From positions 14,527 through 78,526 of IMG/VR virus record IMGVR_UViG_3300005338_000001: 64,000 bases of DNA. One strand, 5' to 3'. The first letter of the stretch is position 1, and the number at the start of each line of letters is the position of its first letter. A program made the translations under genes and the position numbers. The stretch is from a virus. Positions 28,561 through 38,690 of the stretch are shown piece after piece. The notes beneath the pieces are model-generated. The model worked only from the letters and a program-made list of their open reading frames with translations. It made no database searches and was not told the DNA's origin.

Positions 28561-29155
28561 GGCTAGAACGAGGGAGCGGTGTAGCTGTATGGCCGATATG
28601 GCGACAGGTTACGACCGTTGAGGCTGAGGCACTTGTGAGTCAATTCCATATGACTACGATTGTGCGGCAGTTAAGCGGATCGGCTGAATGTGGGACAGGA
28701 TGGCATCACGTAAAAGATCGGGCCGTGGACCGCGTGGTTGCCTGAATATGCGCCAGATCTGCGCAGTCTGGTGTGATGTCAGATGATGGCTAGATTCTAT
28801 CCATATGGACAGTTTCTATCCACTCACTCCGCAACAGGCTTGTGCTGTTACCGTTACTGCCGCTTCCTGTCACGACCTCTGCCGCCTTTCCATTTGTCGC
28901 CCCTTACCGTAGCGAGTTTCCGCGCTCCTGCAAGCTCCTGTGAGCCTCGCCAGCGCGCTTGAGCTGCTCTGCGCGCCTCAGTTCCGCGGTGTCCTGGGCT
29001 GGCGGTGTGGCTGGGCTTCCCTGTTGGCGTTGCGGCGGATGCGCGGATCGGTGGCTGTGCTGCCCTTACATTGCCGTTGACCTTCACGGCACGACACAGC
29101 CTCGGTTCCTCCACGTGAGGTTGCCGAGGCTGCGCGGTGAAAGGCTGCTTGTGGG

Positions 29156-29701
29156 TTAGGCGGCGACTTGTTGCGGTGGCTGGGTGGCGATTCTGCGCAG
29201 CCACTTGAGAGTGGAGGCGCGGCCCGAGGCCCCGCAATGCTGCGCGTACCAGTTCACCTCGTCAAGCAGCGTCAGGAGTGCGCCAGTCTTGCGATCCTTG
29301 AATCCGCGCGAGTGCGGTTGCGTGCTCCATGCTCCTTTGTTCGCCATGATCAATTCCGCGATCTCTGCCGTCACCTTCGCGTCCTTGGCGGCGGCGAGCT
29401 TGCGCTTGTGGGCGCGCAGTTCGGGGCTGTTCTTGTAGGCTCGCAGCAAGCCTTCGTCACCGACCTTCGCGATGCAGTCGCAGCCGACCTTGAAGCGCCT
29501 GCCGTCGCTGCTCTGGCAATGGCACTCGTAGCGGATGCCGGTGAAGCAGTAGTCACAGCATCCGCCGGCCTGCGATGAACCGTCCGCGTGGGTGATTACG
29601 TTCTCGCTCATGCCGGTGAAGGTGAAGGGAGCCTTGCCGAGTCCGGCCAGCTCGAAACGATGCTTGCCGACGTGCTCGGGGTTATCAGTCTTCGCGCTCA
29701 T
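29156..29701 (-). CDS. Cys-rich (Zn-binding) hypothetical protein
   Basis: CCDYCFTGIRY...FKVGCDC. Confidence 0.65.
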   Translation of the reverse strand: MSAKTDNPEHVGKHRFELAGLGKAPFTFTGMSENVITHADGSSQAGGCCDYCFTGIRYECHCQSSDGRRFKVGCDCIAKVGDEGLLRAYKNSPELRAHKRKLAAAKDAKVTAEIAELIMANKGAWSTQPHSRGFKDRKTGALLTLLDEVNWYAQHCGASGRASTLKWLRRIATQPPQQVAA

Positions 29702-29702
29702 G

Positions 29703-30695
29703 TCAGTTGCCCTCCTTGCTCGACAGGGCCGCGCCTGCGATCTTGCGGATGTGGCCCTCGATGTTTGCGGGCCGGTTACGCGGCGGCGTGTTGCACAGAT
29801 CCGCGATGCCCTGTAGCGCCGCCTCGCAGCGCCTGAGCCGAGCCAGTTCTGCCGCCGGATCGGCGAGGCCGGCCAGTGCGTTGACACAGGCGACGATGCG
29901 GCGGGCGTTTGCTTCGCCGTCAATCTCGGCAACGCCGGAGTCGTCAGCGCCGGAAATAACGCTGACATAGCCGATCTGGTTTTCGTTCTTGTACGCAGTC
30001 CGCTTCCACGGTTCTGCCGTGTGTCGCGGTTCTGTTGCTGGCGCGGGCGTGGCGGACTCGGCTTCCCGGTTCACCCACTCGATCTGCTGCTCACCGGGCA
30101 CCAAGGGCTGCTTGGCGGGTTGCGGTGCGGGCGCAGGGGCGGCGGGCGTGCGACCAATGGCAATGTTGTAGTCGGCCCAAACGCTTGCCGGATCGGAAAT
30201 GCTTGGGCGCTTCGGCTCAGGGGATGCGTGCGCGGCGGGCACCTTCCTGCGGACGGCCAGCATCGCGGACCCGTCATCATACTTGCCGACCGTGGCGATC
30301 TCAAGGTCTGGGTGCGTGATCTCCAGCGTGGTGTCCGCGCAGCGCAGCCAGTCGCGCACACCTCCGAAGCTCTGGGTTTGCAGGTGCGCCACGGCAGGCT
30401 CGCCGATCTTCACCATGTAGGTGCGGGTTGTGCCCGTCAGGATACCGACGAACTGCGCGCATAGCCAGTAATCGTCCCCATGCTGCATCACGTCCACCGT
30501 CTGCGGCTCGCACGTCACGTAATCGGTATCCGCGGCGTTGCTGCCGTATTGGATGAACTCCTTTTTCACGTTCAGCGTCAGCGTCCCGACCTTGCGGGAG
30601 TTGCGCCCGTTGTAGCCATTCGGTTTCCAGTCGTGGGCGTTTGCAAGACTCGGCGCGCTTGCGGGCGTTTGGGATGTGGGATGTAGTGATTTCAC
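29703..30695 (-). CDS. Hypothetical phage protein (330 aa)
   Basis: Contains the common phage motif HTAEPW...ANARRIVACVNALAG. Confidence 0.6.
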   Translation of the reverse strand: MKSLHPTSQTPASAPSLANAHDWKPNGYNGRNSRKVGTLTLNVKKEFIQYGSNAADTDYVTCEPQTVDVMQHGDDYWLCAQFVGILTGTTRTYMVKIGEPAVAHLQTQSFGGVRDWLRCADTTLEITHPDLEIATVGKYDDGSAMLAVRRKVPAAHASPEPKRPSISDPASVWADYNIAIGRTPAAPAPAPQPAKQPLVPGEQQIEWVNREAESATPAPATEPRHTAEPWKRTAYKNENQIGYVSVISGADDSGVAEIDGEANARRIVACVNALAGLADPAAELARLRRCEAALQGIADLCNTPPRNRPANIEGHIRKIAGAALSSKEGN

Positions 30696-30707
30696 GCTGC
30701 TGATTTA

Positions 30708-31120
30708 ACCTTACCGGAAAGGATGTGCAACAACTTTAATTTCATCTCTTTTCTGTCCTTGGCGCTAAGTGGCACGATGCTTGCTTTTCACAAACCATGC
30801 CAGTAAGGACGTTTATTTACTGTAAGGTGATTCTGGCTTGTGTGTGGCGCGAGCGTGGCGGTAAGGTGTCGCCATGAGTGAACAAGAAAAGAAGAATCAG
30901 CACGCCGTTGCGCTTGGTCGTCGCGGTGGCAACGCCAGGGCTGCGAAGTTGACGCCCGAACGCATGAAAGAGATTGCGGAAATTGCGTCCTTGGCGGCAA
31001 AGAAAGCGCGTGAATCGAAAAAAGATGCTGTTGTAGTCGCCCCGTAACTCAACCACTTACAAACAATCGTATCATCGGAATCACTTTTCTTTTGACACCT
31101 TACCGCAAAGGCTCTTTACT
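30708..31120. promoter_or_regulatory. Divergent promoter region with a repeated operator-like motif ACCTTACCG
   Basis: ACCTTACCGGAAAGG at 30708; GCGGTAAGGTGTC at 30858; GACACCTTACCGCAAAGG at 31094 overlapping TTGACA (31092). Confidence 0.7.
30874..31047 (+). CDS. Small basic protein with a KGG-like motif (57 aa)
   Basis: Hand-translated: MSEQEKKNQHAVALGRRGGNARAAKLTPERMKEIAEIASLAAKKARESKKDAVVVAP. Confidence 0.7.
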   Translation: MSEQEKKNQHAVALGRRGGNARAAKLTPERMKEIAEIASLAAKKARESKKDAVVVAP

Positions 31121-31765
31121 CCCCATCGTGAAACAGAACAACACCCCATCCGCCGCAACGCTGTCTGTCAGCGACGCCCGCAACGTGAATTGCGCTTACA
31201 AATGGATCGCCACGAAGGGTCCGCGCTTTCAAGCCACGGTCGGCGTGGGATTCTTCACGAAGGCCGACGCGCAGGCGTTCGCCAGTCGCGAGAACCGCCG
31301 CCACGACAGCGGCTACTACGTTGCTCGCGTCTCCGAAGTCATCAATCCTCGCTTCAACTAACCGCCATGCCTCGCCTGCCACAAACGCCAGCCGCCACGC
31401 TGGCAGCCGTTCTCGAAAAACTCAAAGTCGCCAGCGGAGCGAGGGTGGCCGACATCAAACTCGTCTTGAAGGGCCTTCAACGCAAAGAACGGTCCGGCGC
31501 GCTGCCGCCGAACAAGGGATGGGTCTTCGCGGCACAAGAAGCGAAGACGGCGCTCGGCATGGCGAGGCTCGCTGGCTTCCCGTGCCGATCTGAATTTGCG
31601 GAAAAACAAATGGAAGCGGCCACAAAACGCGCCGCAACTTGGCTCAAAAAAGCTGCCGCCTGATTCGTCCTTCGCATCCCGCTTCCCGGCCAGTCTGGGG
31701 GGCGGTCGCGAGGGCCGCGAGGCACTCGGAACAACAACAAACCAAACCTTCAACACATCATCACT

Positions 31766-32416
31766 ATGGGCGAATACACACAATACAACGAACGCCGGAT
31801 CAAGATCGGCACCTGCGAGGATATGCTCTATCTTCGCGCAGACCAAGCCGTCCTTGTGATGGCAGAACGCGGATCGGTCGATCCGTTCAACCAAACTGAC
31901 GGCATCCGCTTCCGCTTCCCGTTTCCCGACGAGGACAGCGTGGAGCCGGGCGCGTTTCAAGACCCGTTCCGCCGGCTCTATGTCTTCGGCGCGAAGCTGC
32001 CGGACGGCATCGATCACCACTCGATCCAGTTCAGCAACCAGAAGGGCCTGCTGGTCTCGCTGCCGTGCCCTGAGTCACCGGAAGGCAAGGCTGCGACCTA
32101 CAAGGTCCATAAGAACGGTTACGGCGGCGAAGTGGCGATCAGCCAGCAACGGCTGATTGACGGTAAGCTGGTGCTAATCTGCGAGTGCGGATCGTGCGGC
32201 GCAAAGTACCGCTGTCCGACGCTTGTTGAATCAGAGCCGGTGATCGAGGCGTTGCTGACTCAGTGCGAGGTGTGGGATCAACGGGTCAAGAACGGCCTCG
32301 ACAAGCATCCCGACGCGCGGCTCGAATCGTTCCGCGAGATCGCCAAACGAATCTTGGACGGCTACACCCAGCCAAATCACTGGACGGCATCACCGCGCGA
32401 ACTCGCCACAGCCTAA
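31766..32416 (+). CDS. Hypothetical early protein
   Basis: IKIGTCEDMLYLR, RFRFPFPDED, CECGSCG. Confidence 0.6.
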   Translation: MGEYTQYNERRIKIGTCEDMLYLRADQAVLVMAERGSVDPFNQTDGIRFRFPFPDEDSVEPGAFQDPFRRLYVFGAKLPDGIDHHSIQFSNQKGLLVSLPCPESPEGKAATYKVHKNGYGGEVAISQQRLIDGKLVLICECGSCGAKYRCPTLVESEPVIEALLTQCEVWDQRVKNGLDKHPDARLESFREIAKRILDGYTQPNHWTASPRELATA

Positions 32417-32419
32417 ACC

Positions 32420-33202
32420 ATGAAACACATCCAAGTCACCGAACCCGTGTCCGCAACCCTGCGCGCCTCCACTGTCACCGCAAACACCCTAACGCTTCCA
32501 GGCCAGCTTGACCGGCCCGCATACGTCGCCGTGATGAAGGTCATCGAGGCAGCGGGCGGGAAGTGGGACAAGCGCGCCAAGTGCCACACCTTCACCACTG
32601 ACCCGCGCGAAACCTTCAAGGAAGCGCTCGGCAACGGCAAGATCGCCGACCGTAGCGAAAAGGCTGTCCGCACTGAGAAACAGGCGTTTTACACGCCCGC
32701 CGCCGTGGCCGACATCATGATCGAACACGCCTGCATTCAGCCGGGGCACAAAGTCCTTGAGCCGAGCGCCGGCAATGGGGCGCTTATCCGCGCAATTCCG
32801 AAACATCTCACACATGTCGAGGTTGTCGCCATCGAATCGGACGAAAAGGGCTGCTGGGGCGCGCTCACTGATTCTGATCTGGCTCTCAGGGTGCGGGCGA
32901 TCTTCGCCGACTTCCTCACATCCGATCCGTCGCAAGAAAAGTTTGACCGCGTGCTGATGAATCCTCCTTTCACGAAAGGACAGGACGTGGATCACGTCAC
33001 CCACGCGCGCAAGTTTCTCAAGCCTGACGGATGGCTGCTCGCCATCATGTCGCCGTCATTCGAGCATCATAGCGGCAAAAAGTTCGAGGTGTTCCGGCAA
33101 CTGATGGCCGAGCGCGGCGAAGTGCTGGAACGGTTCAGCAATGGCGAGTTCAAGGAAAGCGGCACCGCGATCAACACCGTTCTCGTAAAGCTTCGCGCCT
33201 AG
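32420..33202 (+). CDS. SAM-dependent amino-methyltransferase (gamma order, probably m6A DNA MTase)
   Basis: FYTP, VLEPSAGNG, MNPPF, FKESGT. Confidence 0.85.
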   Translation: MKHIQVTEPVSATLRASTVTANTLTLPGQLDRPAYVAVMKVIEAAGGKWDKRAKCHTFTTDPRETFKEALGNGKIADRSEKAVRTEKQAFYTPAAVADIMIEHACIQPGHKVLEPSAGNGALIRAIPKHLTHVEVVAIESDEKGCWGALTDSDLALRVRAIFADFLTSDPSQEKFDRVLMNPPFTKGQDVDHVTHARKFLKPDGWLLAIMSPSFEHHSGKKFEVFRQLMAERGEVLERFSNGEFKESGTAINTVLVKLRA

Positions 33203-33291
33203 CCGCCCGCCTCCCGTGTCCGCGCTTCGGCCACAGTGCTGGAGCGCGGCGGCGGGATGCTGGAAGCAGCGTTGCCGAACACACAAACCAC

Positions 33292-34863
33292 ATGAAAAAA
33301 CAGATCACCGAACCGCAATATCCAGCAATCCTCCATTTCATCGAACCAAAGGGCGACCGCGAATACATCGTGGTTGCAACTGAGGGGCCGATCTCGGATC
33401 ATCTCATCTCGGGCTACGAAATCTACAGTACTATGGAAATTGACGAGGAAGGCTCACTGCCGACCGACACGCCGCTCCATAAATGACCTCCCCGCGCCTC
33501 ACCTTCCGCCTGTCGCTAGCCCTGCTGCTCGCAGCGATCTGCTCAGCCCTCTGCATCGCAATCCAGTAACCACACCATGAACACCATCTGGAAATTCCCA
33601 TTGGCCGTGACCGACGAGCAGTCCGTCATCATGCCGGAAGGCGCGGAGATCCTTTGCGCCGAAGTGCAGCACGAACAGCTTTGCCTTTGGGCGCTCGTCA
33701 ACCCCGATGCGCCCAAGCAGCGCCGTATCATCGAAGTCTTCGGCACCGGCCACGACATGCCGGACGGCTGCCGCAAGTACATCGGCACCGTGCAGATGAT
33801 GCACGGCTCACTGGTCTGGCATGTCTTCGAGAACGTCTAACCCCAAGCCGAACCATGAACACCATCCTTGACTTGTCACCTGTCGAAAAAGACAGCCTCA
33901 TCATCTGCCTGAACTGCGAGCTTCGCCAGCACACCGGCGAAAGCGCGAGGCACCTGAATCGTATCTTTCGCGCGCTCGTAGGCCGCGATCACGACGTTTT
34001 CGAGCGCCACTGGCCAAAGCACTGCTCGCCACCTGAAAAGTGGTACAAGGAGGCCGAATGAACGCCTCGCACTACCGCTGCCGCGCCTGCGGCACTGTCT
34101 GGCCCGCTTCCGAGGCCGTTACTGAACATGTAGCCCTTGACGTGAGGACGTGCGCTGATGCGACTTGCGGCGGCACCTGCGATCCGGTGGCCGAGCCCGC
34201 TGCCGTCTCGGATGCGCCTTTCCTGTCAGCAGCCGAGGCCAGGGTTGCGCTCTGCGTCACGAGTCATGAGCCTTGGTTTCACCGTCACCCGATGGGCGGG
34301 CTGGAAATCTACCAAGATGCCGAGACAAACGAACCGCTGGCGACGTTCGGCAGCGAGGCCGATTGCGACAAGGCCATTGCGGCCCACAACATGACATATG
34401 CGCTCGGAATCGCGCCCGCTGCGGTGCCGTTGCTGCTGGAGGCGCTGAAGGCTTACGAGGAGGCGCTTTCGGACGGTCCCGAGAATTGCAGCTTTGCGCG
34501 TTACGAGGCTGTATCGGCACAGGCCCGTGTCGCCATCTCTGTCGCCATCTCTGTTGCTCAACTCAAGCCATGAACCTCGACATCGACCCCATGCCCGACA
34601 CCGCTGCCGTCCCCGTCGCCGAAGTGTCGGGCCTCGCCGAGCAGCTTTTGCGGCAGGCCCGGCTGCTGAACGAGAACGGAGACACCATTGACGCGCTGCA
34701 CTTCGATCTGATGCGCGCGAAGCTGGCCATCGCTGAGCTTCTGGCGCTGATGAACGAGCGCATATTGGTGCTGTCGGATGCCGGACGTTGCGGATCTGAG
34801 GCGTTGCGGGTCGTGCGCTGCGTCACGGCGGCGAAGGATGCACTTGAGGATTCGAGACGATGA
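33292..34863 (+). CDS. Run of small hypothetical early genes (33292-33486, 33577-33840 and following coupled ORFs)
   Basis: Short ORFs with ATGA overlaps. Confidence 0.5.
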
Positions 34864-35696
34864 ACACTATCCCACAAGCCAAGGAATCAGAAGTCATTCG
34901 GCTTCTGCAAAAAGGCTACTCGCTTCGCACGGTTGCGCGACTGACTGAAGTGGACAAGAACACTGTGCATCGCGTGAAGATTGGAAAATTGCCGTTCGTT
35001 CCGAAACAGAAGCCGACTCGCCCCGATCCTGATGGCTTTTGCCAGTGTGGTTGCGGCTGCCGCACCACTCGGCTTCAGTACGACGATCCGGTTCGCGGCT
35101 TGAAGGCCGGCCAGTTCGCGCGATTCAAGCACGCGCACTACCACAACTTGAAGCGGGCGCTCGATCCGTCTTGGGGCGAACACTCGCGCCGGACTCAGCT
35201 TCAATGGGAGCGAAAGGAAGCGCTGGTTGTGGCGGTCCTAAGCTCTGGCGGGATCAAGAGCCTTGATGAAATCCGACAGGAAGTAGCGCCCGAGTTTCGC
35301 CTTGAGGGCGCTTCCAAGATGATCAACAACGCCCGCAGGCTTGGTCTGTGGGGTCCGATTCCGTCGATCCTTGTTCGCAGGCCCCGCAAGGCATTCGTAC
35401 CGTATGTGAGGATGGAGATTCCCTACGAGCGAGAAACCGAGATTCCGTTGCTGGTAAATCGTCGCTCCATTCAGGCGCTTGACGCCCCGCATCCTGAGTT
35501 TGAGACTTCTTACTACGACTACCTCGCCAGCACTGCCGAGAGTCCGCTTGAGTTGCTGATGCTAAAAGAGGAAATGGAGTCGGAGGAATACCAAGACAGA
35601 CAGAGACGAATCCGCGAATGGCAGCTTTGGAACGAGCGCCAGAAGCCGTTCAATATCGGCGAACTTGTCCACAAAGCCTTCGAATCCGCATCGTGA
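34860..35696 (+). CDS. HTH plus CxCGCG-motif protein
   Basis: GYSLRTVARLTEVDKNTV; FCQCGCG. Confidence 0.6.
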   Translation: MNTIPQAKESEVIRLLQKGYSLRTVARLTEVDKNTVHRVKIGKLPFVPKQKPTRPDPDGFCQCGCGCRTTRLQYDDPVRGLKAGQFARFKHAHYHNLKRALDPSWGEHSRRTQLQWERKEALVVAVLSSGGIKSLDEIRQEVAPEFRLEGASKMINNARRLGLWGPIPSILVRRPRKAFVPYVRMEIPYERETEIPLLVNRRSIQALDAPHPEFETSYYDYLASTAESPLELLMLKEEMESEEYQDRQRRIREWQLWNERQKPFNIGELVHKAFESAS

Positions 35697-36071
35697 ACAT
35701 CACCACTCTATGACCGCCGACCTAACCGCCAAGCTGGCCGCGATCCGCGCAGCACTGAACCGCACCATTGATCTGGACGCCAAAAGGACGCCGGGAGAGT
35801 GGCGAGCCGACGCCGACGAGGTGCTGTATGGCGACGGCTGCCTGATCGCTGATTGCATGGTCGGCCTCTACGACGATATTGACGACCGTGCGAACGCCGC
35901 CTTCATCGCCACCGCCGCCAACACCTGCGCCACGACCGCCAAGGCGCTGTTGCGGGCGCTAGACGGGCTGGAGGCAGCGCAGGAGGACTACCAGACCGAG
36001 GAACAGTTCAAGGCTACTTTTGGGGCGCTGGTGGCGATCTGCGCGATGTGGCCGGACATGGAGGCCAAGGC

Positions 36072-36656
36072 GTGAACATTCCTTGCGTTGATATTCCAGA
36101 GGGTGTTTCTGGTAACTGGCGCGTTGAGCGCTTCACGGTCTCAGAGAAGGACGTTGCGCTGCACAACATCCGCTGCATGTTCAAGGCTGGATTTGGAAAC
36201 CGAACCATGCGGGCCGGAACCTATACGCGGATTGTGCGCGGAACCCTGTGCGTCATGTCCGACACTGATGCCGAGAAGCGCGATCACTGGCAACCCGTCC
36301 ATCACGCGAAAGGCAATGTGCTGATCAACGGACTCGGGATCGGCATGGTGCTAAACGCCTGCCTGATCAAACCAGAGGTCGCACACTGCACTGTGATCGA
36401 GCGAAGTCCCGACGTGATCGCGCTGGTGGCCCCGCACTGGCGGCAACGGTTCGGAGACCGGCTCACCATCATCGAAGCCGACGCTTTCGAGTACGCGCCG
36501 CCGAAGGGCATCCGGTTCGGCGCGGTTTGGCATGACGTATGGAACGACATCAATCCTGACAATCTCGACGGCATGAAGCGCCTGCATCGTCGCTACGGTC
36601 GCCGCACCGACTGGCAAGGATCGTGGTGCCGCAGCCTGTGCGAGCTGTATCGGTAG
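36072..36656 (+). CDS. Class I SAM-dependent, spermidine-synthase-like protein
   Basis: VMSDT, VLINGLGIG, VIERSPDVIALV, ADAF, WHDVW. Confidence 0.75.
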   Translation: MNIPCVDIPEGVSGNWRVERFTVSEKDVALHNIRCMFKAGFGNRTMRAGTYTRIVRGTLCVMSDTDAEKRDHWQPVHHAKGNVLINGLGIGMVLNACLIKPEVAHCTVIERSPDVIALVAPHWRQRFGDRLTIIEADAFEYAPPKGIRFGAVWHDVWNDINPDNLDGMKRLHRRYGRRTDWQGSWCRSLCELYR

Positions 36657-36677
36657 CAGCCGCAACAGCCGTCCCCG

Positions 36678-37382
36678 CTACAGCTTCAGTTCGGCGGTTT
36701 CCATCGGCGGCTCGGTCGGCCTAAAGAGTAGCTGTTGCGCGCACTCACGGCGCAGGCGCGTGCAGGCCGATTCGTAATGCAGCGGATCAACTTCACAACC
36801 AACAAAGTTTCTCCCGCTGCGGAGACAGGCAACTGCGGTTGTGCCAGAACCGAAGAACGGATCACAGATAACGAAGTGCAGCGGCAGCTTGCTTAGGATT
36901 TGCTCGATGATGCCGACTGGCTTCTGGTGTGGATGCGTTCTGCCGCGCGACTCCCAACTGACTTGCACCTCGCTGCGTAAAACGCCTTCGTCGCGACGCC
37001 CGATCCAAGCGTTACCGCGAATGTAGATCATCTCCCATGACGGCTTCCACGGAAACGACAAGTCACCCATACCGAACGCTGGCCCCTTGTCCCAAACCAG
37101 AACCGCCTTTGTGTCCCGAATCGGCGGCGTCTTCCAAGTGCCAAAGGCCGCGACGTTCTCGAATCCTTCTAGGGCCGCATCGCGCACACTCGTATCTGAG
37201 TCGCCCGCAATCTGCGTCCGTTGCCATGATGCGCCGTGGTTCGACGAGTGCGAGATCCCGTACGGCGGATCTGTAACAGCAACGTCCGCCCTGATGCCCG
37301 GCAGCAGCTCCAGCGCGTCGCCGCACAGCAGCGAGGCGGTGCAGCCGTTCAGGGAGAAGGTCTCGGTGCGGAGAGGCGTCAT
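36678..37382 (-). CDS. Orphan DNA methyltransferase (beta class, DPPY)
   Basis: TDPPYG, LVWDK, HPHQKP, DPFFGSGTT. Confidence 0.9.
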   Translation of the reverse strand: MTPLRTETFSLNGCTASLLCGDALELLPGIRADVAVTDPPYGISHSSNHGASWQRTQIAGDSDTSVRDAALEGFENVAAFGTWKTPPIRDTKAVLVWDKGPAFGMGDLSFPWKPSWEMIYIRGNAWIGRRDEGVLRSEVQVSWESRGRTHPHQKPVGIIEQILSKLPLHFVICDPFFGSGTTAVACLRSGRNFVGCEVDPLHYESACTRLRRECAQQLLFRPTEPPMETAELKL

Positions 37383-38052
37383 GGCAGAACTTCTCGCACG
37401 GTGGTTACGACTACGATCCTGAATCCGCTCCAGCCGGGACAGTTTCCGGATGACTTCCAATCGCGATACTCCTCCATCGCCTTGTCAGCCGATGCCTTGT
37501 CCGTGAAGGCATCGATCACATCCCATCGCGAAGGTTGTTGTGATCGCTGAGCCTGGAACTCGTAGAGTATGTCTTTCATGGCCACTCCCACCCGTTCCGT
37601 TCCGCCAGCCGCACACACGGTTGTCGGGGCGCTGGCGGCCTTGCGCGTGGCTTTAGGGGAGTGTGTCATGACCTATGCTTGTCGTAGAGTGCCATCCATC
37701 CACCAATCACGGGAATGATGTAGCGCCACTTCTTGAAGCGCTGTTGGCCGCTCTTGAGCCATGCCATCATGTCGGCAACGCCCACCACAATGCCAATGAT
37801 CGCCAAGACTTGAAGCGCGCTCATTCTTCCTCCGTTTCTTCGACCGCGCCGCAATGCTCGTGGCATATTGAGCAAATGTCGTTGTCTGGCCATCCTGGGC
37901 ACAGGAAACGGGCGTGACAGCACGAACTGACCGGCATCTCGAAGCTGGTTTCCAGTTTCGGCAACGGTGCGGCCCGTCTCGCACCTTCCAGCCAGTCGTG
38001 GCGGATCGGCTGCTCTGGATTTTCGCGGCTGTATTGACTCATGGTTGGTCTC

Positions 38053-38631
38053 CTATTGTTTCACAAATTCTCCATGCAGCCGATTTGCGGCTTCTCGGTA
38101 TGCGGATGATGCCGCTTCAGGGGATTCAAAAAATCCTAGGCAATTACATTTCCCGCTTATCCATATTCTCGCGCGGAATTTCTTCTTTTGATTCTCCCAT
38201 GAAACGCCCTTGAATCCGCTCGTGTTGTTGGAATTTTCACCTCGGTTGTAAGCATTCTGTTGATTTGTCGCTGTCCGCAGGTTGGACCGGCGGTTATCTA
38301 GTTTGTTGCCGTTGATATGATCGGTAAAAAATCCCTCTGGCGTATGGTTGACTTCGCGGTGCATCAGGATTGTCCTCCGTTTTCCATTAGAAGTGGCACT
38401 GTTACGACACGCATATCCCTTAACATCAAGGTACCACTTCCATTGCGTGAGAAAATCGTAGTCATCCTTATCCACCAGCACGAATTTTCCTTTGGTGATC
38501 TGGATTCTGCGGCCTTCCTCCGAGTTTTCCATTTGCCTTGCTGGCGCGTTGCTTGGCGGCAGACTTGCTCTTTCCTCCGACTCTCCCGCCAAGTTTCCCA
38601 AGAGCAACGGCGTGTTTGTTTTTTTGTTCAT
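38053..38631 (-). CDS. HNH-AP2 homing endonuclease
   Basis: MHREV, TDHINGNKLDNRRSNLR, SGFKGV, LGFFESPEAASSAY...LHGEF. Confidence 0.9.
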   Translation of the reverse strand: MNKKTNTPLLLGNLAGESEERASLPPSNAPARQMENSEEGRRIQITKGKFVLVDKDDYDFLTQWKWYLDVKGYACRNSATSNGKRRTILMHREVNHTPEGFFTDHINGNKLDNRRSNLRTATNQQNAYNRGENSNNTSGFKGVSWENQKKKFRARIWISGKCNCLGFFESPEAASSAYREAANRLHGEFVKQ

Positions 38632-38690
38632 TCATGCAGTAAACCAAAAGCGGTTTGGGTTGTCAACGGTTTTCTCTCGGTAGTATGGAC

